A stretch of 64,000 bases of DNA, from the NCBI GenBank assembly GCA_965221775.1, contig CBDCSU010000006.1, positions 64,001-128,000 on the forward strand, written 5' to 3'. Position numbers and translations under genes: made by a program. Positions 46,164 to 53,942 of this stretch are shown here, in pieces. Origin of the DNA: Candidatus Latescibacterota bacterium. Lineage in GTDB: Bacteria > Latescibacterota > UBA2968 > UBA8231. The notes beneath the pieces are model-generated. The model was given only the letters and a program-made list of their open reading frames with translations. It did not search any database and was not told where the DNA came from. Within the stretch, counting starts at the first letter, position 1. Each line of letters begins with the position of its first letter.

Positions 46164-47669
46164 TCAGCCGCCCGCAGACCCGGCCGCGGCGGCACTGGAG
46201 ACGGTGAGCAGGTCCAGCTGGCTCTCCCCCGCCGAATCGGTGGCCTCGCAGCCGGCGAAGGGGTGGCCGCCGCCGATGCAGTAGGTGCACAGCCGCCCGG
46301 AGTCGAGGCCGAGCCGCTCGAAGGCGCGCATCATGCCGCGGGTGGAGATGTAGACCACGGGCAGGCCCATCTTCTCGCTGATCTCCCGGGACTCCCGGCC
46401 GCGGGCGATGAACTCCTCGCCTTTCGGCGGCGCCGGCGGCATGTCCACCCCGAACATGCATCCCCGCGGCACTCCGTCCTCGGGTACGATACCGATGGGC
46501 GGGGTGTACGAGGCCACGTAGGCCTTCTTCACGCCGAGGTCGTCGTAGAGCAGGTTGCGGGCGCGGACCAGGTTGTTGCCGCGCACGATGCTGTCGTCGA
46601 TGAACAGCACCGTCTTCCCCGACAGGCGCGGGCGCAGGCCGGGCAGCAGATGCAGGTTGTCGTCGATCGACCGCCTCCGGTCCCGGGCCGTCGACCCCTG
46701 GAAGGACCGCTCGCCCCGCATCTTGTAGAAGACGGGCATGAAGGGCAGACCCCGGACCTGGGCATAGGAGCGCGCCGCCACCTCGGGGCACCGCGGCAGG
46801 AAGGTGACCACATCCACGTCGGAGGGGGTGAACTCCTCGGCCAGGATCTCCCCCAGCTGCTCGCGGACCCGGCGGGCGGCGACGTGGTTGATGATCGAGT
46901 CGACGTCGGAGATGTAGTTCCACTCGAAGAAACAGTGACGCGGCTGCGGCTCGACCAGGAGTTCCTTGGAGTACTCCCCCTCCGGGGACAGGTAGTAGAG
47001 CGACCCGGGGTCGAGATCCTCGATGTACTCGCCGCCGTTCTTGCGGAAGGCGATGTCCTCGGAGGCGACGCCGTACTTGCCGTCCTTCCAGCCCAGGACC
47101 CCCGGCTTGATGCCGGTGCGGTCGCGCAGGACGATCACGTCGCGCTTGCGCCAGTCGGCGATGGCCATCGTGTAGGCGCCGGGGACCCGGTGGAGGAAGG
47201 CCTCCTCGCCGTCGCGCCGGTAGAGGTAGAGGAGGGCCTCGGTGTCGCAGGTCGACTTCATCTGTGAGAGATCGAGGCCGTCGAAGTACTCGAAGTCGAT
47301 CTGGCCGTTGTGGACGGCGGCCATCTGACAGTCGCGGATCAGTATGTGGCTGCCCCGGTCCTCCACCTGGCCCCCGAGCACGTGGGGGTGGGCGTCGTCG
47401 AGGATCTCGTCCTTGCGGCCCTGCGTGGCGTAGCGCACGTGGGCCATGTAGGTGTGGTAGCTGGGGCTGGGGAAGATCTTGTGGAGGTCGGTGATGTCGA
47501 AGCGGTCGACGCCGCCCGCCCACTTGATGACGTCGATCCGGCCTTCGCCGACGGCGGCGATCCCCGCCGCTTCCCGGCCCCGGTGCTGCAGGGCTCGGAG
47601 GAAGGAGTAGGCGTCGTGGAGGGTATGGGCGACGCAGAATCCGCAGTTGTGGCGGACGGCGCCTTCCAT
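46164..47669 (-). CDS. purF: Amidophosphoribosyltransferase
   Basis: Propeptide then CG, LQHRG, HVRYAT, HNG, RDRTGIKP, CFFE and DDSIVRG; Fe-S Cys in CMFG and CTYC. Confidence 0.85.
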   Translation of the reverse strand: MEGAVRHNCGFCVAHTLHDAYSFLRALQHRGREAAGIAAVGEGRIDVIKWAGGVDRFDITDLHKIFPSPSYHTYMAHVRYATQGRKDEILDDAHPHVLGGQVEDRGSHILIRDCQMAAVHNGQIDFEYFDGLDLSQMKSTCDTEALLYLYRRDGEEAFLHRVPGAYTMAIADWRKRDVIVLRDRTGIKPGVLGWKDGKYGVASEDIAFRKNGGEYIEDLDPGSLYYLSPEGEYSKELLVEPQPRHCFFEWNYISDVDSIINHVAARRVREQLGEILAEEFTPSDVDVVTFLPRCPEVAARSYAQVRGLPFMPVFYKMRGERSFQGSTARDRRRSIDDNLHLLPGLRPRLSGKTVLFIDDSIVRGNNLVRARNLLYDDLGVKKAYVASYTPPIGIVPEDGVPRGCMFGVDMPPAPPKGEEFIARGRESREISEKMGLPVVYISTRGMMRAFERLGLDSGRLCTYCIGGGHPFAGCEATDSAGESQLDLLTVSSAAAAGSAGG

Positions 47670-47798
47670 CGAGCTAGTTCACCGGCCCGGCGGCGCGGCT
47701 CCAGGCCGGGCCGCCGTCTCTGTCACTTGTCGTCACCAGAGTCCATCCCGTCGTCTCGCGAGAATATACGGCCGCTCCAACCTCGCGGATACACCGCC

Positions 47799-48632
47799 TC
47801 AAGGCCACCGGGTCTCGAACTCGTCCCGGCCGGACCCGTAGACCAGGTCTCCGTAGGCGCGCCAGCCAGCGATCTCGGACTCGGTGGGATCCGGCGCCCC
47901 CAGGACGGCGAGGTTGGCCCGCAGCTCCTCGAGGCTCCCCGGCGCCGTGAGGGCCACCTGCACGGCGTCGTGTCCGAGGGCGAAGCGGTAGCAGTCGGCG
48001 GCCGTGGGGACCGGCCCCGACCAGCCGGGATGACCGGCCGGCAGCCCGCCCCAGCGCGTGCAGGTGAAGGCGACCACGGGGATGCGCCGCTCCAGGGCGG
48101 CGGGCAGCACGGCTTCCTCGGCGCCCCGGTGGGCCATGTTGTAGCGGTGCATGAGCACGTCGATGCGGCCGCTCTCCAGGAGCCGCCGCGCCAGGGGCCG
48201 GCTGTGCGCCGTGGCGCCCACGTAGCGGATCCGGCCCGCCTCCTTCCACCCGTGCAACAGCCCGACGACGCCGTCGTCGGCGAGGAGCCCGTCCACGTCG
48301 TCGCCGGGATGCACGTACTCGGCGTAGAACAGGTCGACGGGAGCCGGCGACAGCCTCTGCTCCACCTGGCACAGGTAGTCCTCCACCTGCGCCGGGTCCC
48401 GGCTCTCGGAGCCGGTGGCGCGGAAGACGTCCCTCCGGCCGCCGAGCCCGGCGAGGCCGTCGACGAGACCGGTGAAGCCGAGGTTGTAGAAGAAGAACAG
48501 GTTGACGCCCGCCTCGAGGGCGGCGGGCACGCAACCCGGGTCGGTCTTCGGGTGGCCCGCCAGCCCGAGGCGGGAGACGGGGCGGCCGTCGGCGCAGAGC
48601 AGGGGCCGGTCCGCCCCGGCCGGCGCCGTCAG
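47799..48632 (-). CDS. Aldo/keto reductase (probable CTG start)
   Basis: VSRLGL, GRIRYVGATAH, MHRYN and CYRFAL; no ATG/GTG upstream of the conserved N-terminus. Confidence 0.75.
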   Translation of the reverse strand: MTAPAGADRPLLCADGRPVSRLGLAGHPKTDPGCVPAALEAGVNLFFFYNLGFTGLVDGLAGLGGRRDVFRATGSESRDPAQVEDYLCQVEQRLSPAPVDLFYAEYVHPGDDVDGLLADDGVVGLLHGWKEAGRIRYVGATAHSRPLARRLLESGRIDVLMHRYNMAHRGAEEAVLPAALERRIPVVAFTCTRWGGLPAGHPGWSGPVPTAADCYRFALGHDAVQVALTAPGSLEELRANLAVLGAPDPTESEIAGWRAYGDLVYGSGRDEFETRWP

Positions 48633-48967
48633 ATCGCCGATTCCCCGGTCTCCCCGGTGCGGATGCGGACCACCTCGTCGACGGAGAGCACGAAGATCTT
48701 GCCGTCGCCGATCTGTCCGGTGCCGGCCGCTTCCTTCACCGCGTCGATGCAGCGCTGGGCGATCGAGTCGGCCACGACCACGTCGATCTGCAGTTTCGGC
48801 GTGAAGTCGATGTTGTACTCGGAGCCGCGGTAGATCTCCCGGTGCCCCTTCTGCCGCCCGAATCCCTTCACCTCGCTCACCGTCATGCCCATCACGCCCA
48901 GCTCGCTCAGGGCCTCCTTGACCCTCTCGAGCGCGTTGGGACGAACGATGCACTTCAGCAGCTTCAT
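48629..48967 (-). CDS. glnK: PII nitrogen regulatory protein
   Basis: GFGRQKG...YRGSEY and TGQIGDGKIFV; adjacent to amtB. Confidence 0.95.
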   Translation of the reverse strand: MKLLKCIVRPNALERVKEALSELGVMGMTVSEVKGFGRQKGHREIYRGSEYNIDFTPKLQIDVVVADSIAQRCIDAVKEAAGTGQIGDGKIFVLSVDEVVRIRTGETGESAI

Positions 48968-48979
48968 GGCCTCCTCCCT

Positions 48980-50353
48980 TCAGACCTCCGAATAGTAGCC
49001 CTGCTCGTTGTGCAGGGAGATGTCCAGACCGCGGTCCTCCTCCTCCTCGTCGACGCGCAGGCCGATGACGGCATCGACGGCCTTGAGGATGACGAAGGAG
49101 AGCGCGGCGCAGTAGATGGTGGTGACGAGCACGCCCACGACCTGGGCCCACACCTGGCTGCCCATGGTGTGGGTCACTCCGGCGGCGGTGCCGGAGAAGC
49201 CCTGTCCGCCGAGAGACTCGGCGGCGAATACACCGGTGAGGATGGCGCCGGCCATGCCGCCGATGCCGTGGACGCCGAAGACGTCGAGGGAGTCGTCGTA
49301 GCCGAGACGCGGCTTGAGGCTGGTGACGCCCAGGAAGCACAGCACCCCGGCGGCGGCGCCGATGGCGATCGCCCCGAGGGGGCCGACGCTGCCCGAGGCC
49401 GGGGTGATGGCCACCATGCCCCCCACCGCCCCGGTGACGATGCCGAGGACACTCGCCTTGCCGTGCTTGATCCACTCCGCCACCATCCACGCGGCGGCGG
49501 CGGCGGCGGTGGCCACCTGGGTGACGAGCATGGCCATGCCCGCGGCGCCGTCGGCGGCCAGGGCCGAGCCGGCGTTGAAGCCGAACCAGCCGACCCACAG
49601 CATGGAGGCGCCGATGACGGTGATCACCAGGCTGTGGGGCGGGATGAGGGTGTCGGGATGGCCGCGGCGCCTGCCGATGACCAGGGCCGCCACCAGGGCG
49701 GCGACGCCGGAGTTGATGTGGACCACGGTGCCGCCGGCGAAGTCGATGATGCCCCGGTCCCAGAAGAAGGCGCCGTCGCCGCTCCAGGTCATGTGGCAGA
49801 TCGGCGCGTAGACCACCGTCGACCAGACGACCATGAAGAGCAGCATGGCCGAGAACTTCATGCGCTCGGCGAAGGCGCCGACGATCAGGGCCGGGGTGAT
49901 GATGGCGAAGGTCAGCTGGAAGGTGACGAAGACCGTCTCGGGCACCGTGCCGGTGAGGGCGTCGATGCCGACGCCGCGCAGCAGGGCCTTGTCGAGGCCG
50001 CCCACGAAGGAGGCGGCGTTGGTGACGCCCAGTTCCATCCCCGCGGTGTCGAAGGCCAGGCTGTAGCCCCAGACGACCCAGACCAGGGTCATCACCGCCG
50101 CCAGGGCGAAGCACTGCATCAGCACGGAGAGCACGTTCTTCGTGCGCACGAGGCCGCCGTAGAACAGAGCCAGCCCGGGGATCGTCATGGACAGCACGAG
50201 GGCCGTGGAGGTCAGCATCCAGGCCGTGTCCCCGGAGTCGAGGCCCTCGGCCCCGGCCGCCGCCGGGGCCAGGAGCCAGGTGAGCATGGCGCCGCACAGG
50301 ACCGCCCGGCGGCGGTCCCGGGGCCCGTTCTTCGATGAGGCTGTTTCTGCCAT
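48980..50353 (-). CDS. amtB: Ammonium transporter
   Basis: DTAWML, PGLALFYGG, DFAGGTVVH, LWVGWFGFN and DDSLDVFGVHG. Confidence 0.97.
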   Translation of the reverse strand: MAETASSKNGPRDRRRAVLCGAMLTWLLAPAAAGAEGLDSGDTAWMLTSTALVLSMTIPGLALFYGGLVRTKNVLSVLMQCFALAAVMTLVWVVWGYSLAFDTAGMELGVTNAASFVGGLDKALLRGVGIDALTGTVPETVFVTFQLTFAIITPALIVGAFAERMKFSAMLLFMVVWSTVVYAPICHMTWSGDGAFFWDRGIIDFAGGTVVHINSGVAALVAALVIGRRRGHPDTLIPPHSLVITVIGASMLWVGWFGFNAGSALAADGAAGMAMLVTQVATAAAAAAWMVAEWIKHGKASVLGIVTGAVGGMVAITPASGSVGPLGAIAIGAAAGVLCFLGVTSLKPRLGYDDSLDVFGVHGIGGMAGAILTGVFAAESLGGQGFSGTAAGVTHTMGSQVWAQVVGVLVTTIYCAALSFVILKAVDAVIGLRVDEEEEDRGLDISLHNEQGYYSEV

Positions 50354-50391
50354 GGTGCCCTTTCCGTGATGATGCGGCTTCTGTGGCCGGG

Positions 50392-52137
50392 CTACTCGTA
50401 CAGCTCCACCGCCGTCTCGCCGCGGGCGAAGCGCTGCGCCGTGGCCGCCGCCGACTGGCTGCCGATCCGGCGGCGCGTGTCCGCCGCCCAGCGCGACAGT
50501 CCCACGAGGAGCTGGTTGCGCGCCGGGTGGCCGGCGCAGCGCTCCCACTCGTCGAAGGCGGTGCGCAGGGTGTGCAGCAGATCCCAGCCGTTGTCGTCGT
50601 TGAGGATCACCCGGCCCAGCTCGCGCAGCAGGCGGTCGCCGTCGTGGCCGGCGTTGAGGTAGTCCCGCGTCATGCGGCCGATGCGGCGCACCTGGATCGA
50701 CTCGATGGCCTCGACGATCCGCTCGAGGGCGGCCTCCTCCTCCCCGGGGGCGCCGTTGCCCGAGGCGGCGTCCGCCTCGGCGAGCCGGCGCTGGGGGATG
50801 TTGAGCCAGCGGTCGTCGAAGAACTGCCAGGCCGCGTGGTAGAGCGCCTTGCGCGCCGCCCCCGCCCCGGCGCGGCGGTTGACGGTGCGCACCGCCGAGG
50901 CCAGGGACATCTCCCAGGCCAGGTCCCCCCACCCCGGGCTCATGCCCACGGGGGTGCGCGCCATGCGGTCGGCGGCGAGCATCACCATCGAGGTGGCCAG
51001 CTGCTCGACGCCGGCTCCTTCCTCCAGGGCCCGGGTCACGGCGTCGAAGGTGGTGCGCACGTTGCCGCTGACCAGCCCCTCGACGAAGGCCGCCTCGTCG
51101 TAGTCGCCGGCGGCGTCGTCCGGATCGTCGGGGACCGGCGTCTCCGCGAAGATGTCCATCGCCTCGCGCAGGGCGTCGCCGGGCACGCCCCGGCCGCGGC
51201 CGAGCATCTTCGCCGCCGTGTTGCAGACCAGCTCCTCGCTGATCCCCCATCCGAACTCGTCGAGCAGCTCGATGAGACAGCCGAGGTTGCGCAGGTTGTC
51301 GCGCACGGCGATGAAGTGGGGGGCCACGGCGCACTCGAAGAGCAGGGGCGGGATGTCGTCGTCGCGGCCGCCCTGGCCGCGGAGGGTGAGGAGGCACTTC
51401 TCGATCCCCTCCCACATCTTGTCCTCGGAGAAGTAGCGCACCCAGCCGGCGAGCTTGTCGTACGGGACCGTGTCCCCCTCGGAGACCCCGGGCAGGGCCC
51501 GCAGGGGCGGCCGGTCCCCGGCCCGCCCCGAAGCGGCGGTGGCGGCCATCATCAGGGGGATCAGCCGCTCCTCCGGCTCGTAGCGCCGGGCCACGGCGAG
51601 ACCGTTGACGAACTGGGCCACCTCGTTGCCCGCCTGGCGCGCGTCGAGCTGCGTCGCCGCGTAGCGGCCCATGTGGCGCACCAGCTTCTCGAGGGTCTCC
51701 CTCTCGGAGACGCCGCGGGCCAGGAGGATGGCGATCGCCTTGGAGAGGGTCCAGCTGTCGCCGTTGTTCAGGCCCTCCTCCAGCAGCAGGAAGTGGGCGT
51801 CGTCCCGCCGGGAGCCGCCGCTGCTCACGTCCACGTGGATCCCGCCGTCCCGCACCTCCACCGGATAGGTGTCGAGGTCGTCGCAGCCGCCGGTGAAGCA
51901 GCCGCCGCCGCCCAGGTCGTAGCTGTACCCGTGCCAGTCGCAGGTCAGCACGCCGTCGCGCACGATGCCGCGGGTGAGGGGGTAGCCCATGTGGGGACAC
52001 TGGTTGTCGGTGGCGTAGTAGCGGCCCTGGTGCTCGAAGAGGGCCACGCTCCGCCCCTCGACGCGGACCGCTCTCGGCTGCCCCTCGACGACCTCGTCGA
52101 CTGACGCGACCCTTACGAAGTCTGCATTCGTGCTCAT
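50392..52137 (-). CDS. Rieske [2Fe-2S] domain plus long helical domain protein (paralog B)
   Basis: CPHMG...CDWHG Rieske ligands, AADRMARTPV and DRWLNIP; ATG overlaps the upstream stop (ATGA). Confidence 0.85.
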   Translation of the reverse strand: MSTNADFVRVASVDEVVEGQPRAVRVEGRSVALFEHQGRYYATDNQCPHMGYPLTRGIVRDGVLTCDWHGYSYDLGGGGCFTGGCDDLDTYPVEVRDGGIHVDVSSGGSRRDDAHFLLLEEGLNNGDSWTLSKAIAILLARGVSERETLEKLVRHMGRYAATQLDARQAGNEVAQFVNGLAVARRYEPEERLIPLMMAATAASGRAGDRPPLRALPGVSEGDTVPYDKLAGWVRYFSEDKMWEGIEKCLLTLRGQGGRDDDIPPLLFECAVAPHFIAVRDNLRNLGCLIELLDEFGWGISEELVCNTAAKMLGRGRGVPGDALREAMDIFAETPVPDDPDDAAGDYDEAAFVEGLVSGNVRTTFDAVTRALEEGAGVEQLATSMVMLAADRMARTPVGMSPGWGDLAWEMSLASAVRTVNRRAGAGAARKALYHAAWQFFDDRWLNIPQRRLAEADAASGNGAPGEEEAALERIVEAIESIQVRRIGRMTRDYLNAGHDGDRLLRELGRVILNDDNGWDLLHTLRTAFDEWERCAGHPARNQLLVGLSRWAADTRRRIGSQSAAATAQRFARGETAVELYE

Positions 52138-53915
52138 GGCTGGGCCGGCTCCTCGTCGGCGAATACGTCGATGGTGGTGAGGCCCTCGGCGAAGCGCAGG
52201 GCCGTGGTCGTCGCCGCGCCGCTGGCCTTGCTGGTGCGCACGTCGGTGGCGTACCTCGCCAGCCCCGCCACCAGTTGCGCCGCCGCCGGGTGGCCGGCGC
52301 CGAGGGCCGCGTCCCCGCCCCGGGTGCCGGCGAACTCGTCGACCACCGTGGACAGCGTCGGCAGCAGGCGGGCGCCGGTGTCGTTCCACAGGATCAGCAC
52401 CCCCAGCCGGTGCAGCAGCCGGTCGGCGTCGAGTCCGGCGGCCAGGTAGGCGGCGGCGCTGTCGCCGGCGGCGTGGACGTCCAGGGTCTGAACCGCCCGG
52501 GCCACCTCCTCGACCCCTTCCCCGGCCGAGGAGGCCGACGGCGCCGCCTCCGGCGGCTCCGACAGGGGCCGGGCGGGGATGTTGAGCCAGCGGTCGGCGA
52601 AGAGGTGCCAGGCCGCGTGGAACAACCCCATGGCGGCGACCCGGGGGCCGCCGATGCGCAGCGCCGTGCGCAGCGACCGCGCCAGGTCCAGCTCGAGGGT
52701 GAGGCAGTTCCAGCCGGCGTCGACGTTGACGGGGGTGCGCGCCATGCGGTCGGCGGCGATCAGCAGGAAGGTGGTGATCAGCCGCTGCAGGGAGACCCCG
52801 GATTGCAGCACCCCGGCCAGGGAGCTGAAGGACCGCTCCAGATCGCCGCTGAGCAGGTCCGCCGCCAGGGCGTCCTCGTCGAACTCGAGCCCCTGCCCGG
52901 GAGACTCCGCCGCCTGATCGATGACGCCGGCGAGATCCCGCATCTTGCGGATGGCGTCGCGGCGGAACAGCTCCGGCTCGCCGCGCCCCTGGCCCACGGT
53001 GCGGGACCCGAGGTTGAGGACCAGCTCCGACGACGCCTCCCAGCCGAAGCGGTCCACCGCGTCGGCCAGGCAGGCGAGGGTGACCAGGTTCTCGCCGAAG
53101 CCGAGGAACCCCGGCTGCACGGCGCACTCGAAGAGCAGCGGCAGGATGCGCTCCGTGTCGCCGCGGGAACGGGCCGTGAACAGGCAGCGCTCGATGCGGT
53201 TGGCCTGGCCGTTGCGCGAGAACACGCGCACCCAGTCCTCGATGCGCTCCTGGGTGACCGGCTCGGGCAGGGGCACCACCCGCAGCCGCGAAGCCGCCCC
53301 GCCCGAGGCGGCGGTGGCCGCCGTGGCCAGGCAGGCGAGCTGATCGGCGCCGTCGTAGCGGTCGGCCACCGCCAGGCCGCCCACCAGGCGCCCCAGGTCG
53401 GTGCCCGCCTCGTCGCCGCCGGAGCTGGCCACGCGGCGGCCGAAGTGGCGCAGCACCACGGCCACGACTTCCTCCCGCGGCACCCCGCCCCGGGACAGCA
53501 GGGCCAGGGCCTTGGAGATCGTCCAGCGGTCCTGATGAAGGAGCCCCTCGCGCAGCAGCTCCAGGTGCACCTCCTTGCGCCGGTAGCCCTCCTCCTCCAC
53601 CTGGATCCACACCTGGTCTCCGCCGCGGATCTCCACCGGGAAGACGGCCAGGTCGTCGCACATGTTGTTGAAGCAGCCGCCGCCCTCGAGGTCGAAGCGC
53701 CGGCCGTGCCAGTCGCAGGTGACGACGCCGTTGCGCACGACGCCGCGGGTGAGGGGGTAGCCCATGTGGGGGCACTGGTTGTCGGTGGCGTAGATGCGCC
53801 CGGCCTCGTTGAAGAGGGCGACGCTGCGCCCCTCCTCGCCGAGACGAACCGCCTTGGCCTGGCCGGGCTCGATCTCCCCGACGGCGGCGACCTGCATCCA
53901 GCCGTTCTCGTTCAC
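52134..53915 (-). CDS. Rieske [2Fe-2S] domain plus long helical domain protein (paralog A)
   Basis: CPHMG...CDWHG, AADRMARTPV and DRWLNIP; strong purine-rich RBS. Confidence 0.85.
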   Translation of the reverse strand: MNENGWMQVAAVGEIEPGQAKAVRLGEEGRSVALFNEAGRIYATDNQCPHMGYPLTRGVVRNGVVTCDWHGRRFDLEGGGCFNNMCDDLAVFPVEIRGGDQVWIQVEEEGYRRKEVHLELLREGLLHQDRWTISKALALLSRGGVPREEVVAVVLRHFGRRVASSGGDEAGTDLGRLVGGLAVADRYDGADQLACLATAATAASGGAASRLRVVPLPEPVTQERIEDWVRVFSRNGQANRIERCLFTARSRGDTERILPLLFECAVQPGFLGFGENLVTLACLADAVDRFGWEASSELVLNLGSRTVGQGRGEPELFRRDAIRKMRDLAGVIDQAAESPGQGLEFDEDALAADLLSGDLERSFSSLAGVLQSGVSLQRLITTFLLIAADRMARTPVNVDAGWNCLTLELDLARSLRTALRIGGPRVAAMGLFHAAWHLFADRWLNIPARPLSEPPEAAPSASSAGEGVEEVARAVQTLDVHAAGDSAAAYLAAGLDADRLLHRLGVLILWNDTGARLLPTLSTVVDEFAGTRGGDAALGAGHPAAAQLVAGLARYATDVRTSKASGAATTTALRFAEGLTTIDVFADEEPAQP

Positions 53916-53942
53916 TCTTCTTCCTTTCCTCTCAGTCTCCGC

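Noticed and set aside
48980-53775. 1006-aa AmtB and 1127-aa Rieske ORFs suggesting long fusions
   Set aside because: The extensions are alternate-frame readings of the upstream genes; the real starts are 50353 and 52137.
51961-53793. Near-identical pair as a DGR template/variable repeat
   Set aside because: Both copies are inside coding Rieske domains, there are only two mismatches, and no reverse transcriptase is present in the window.
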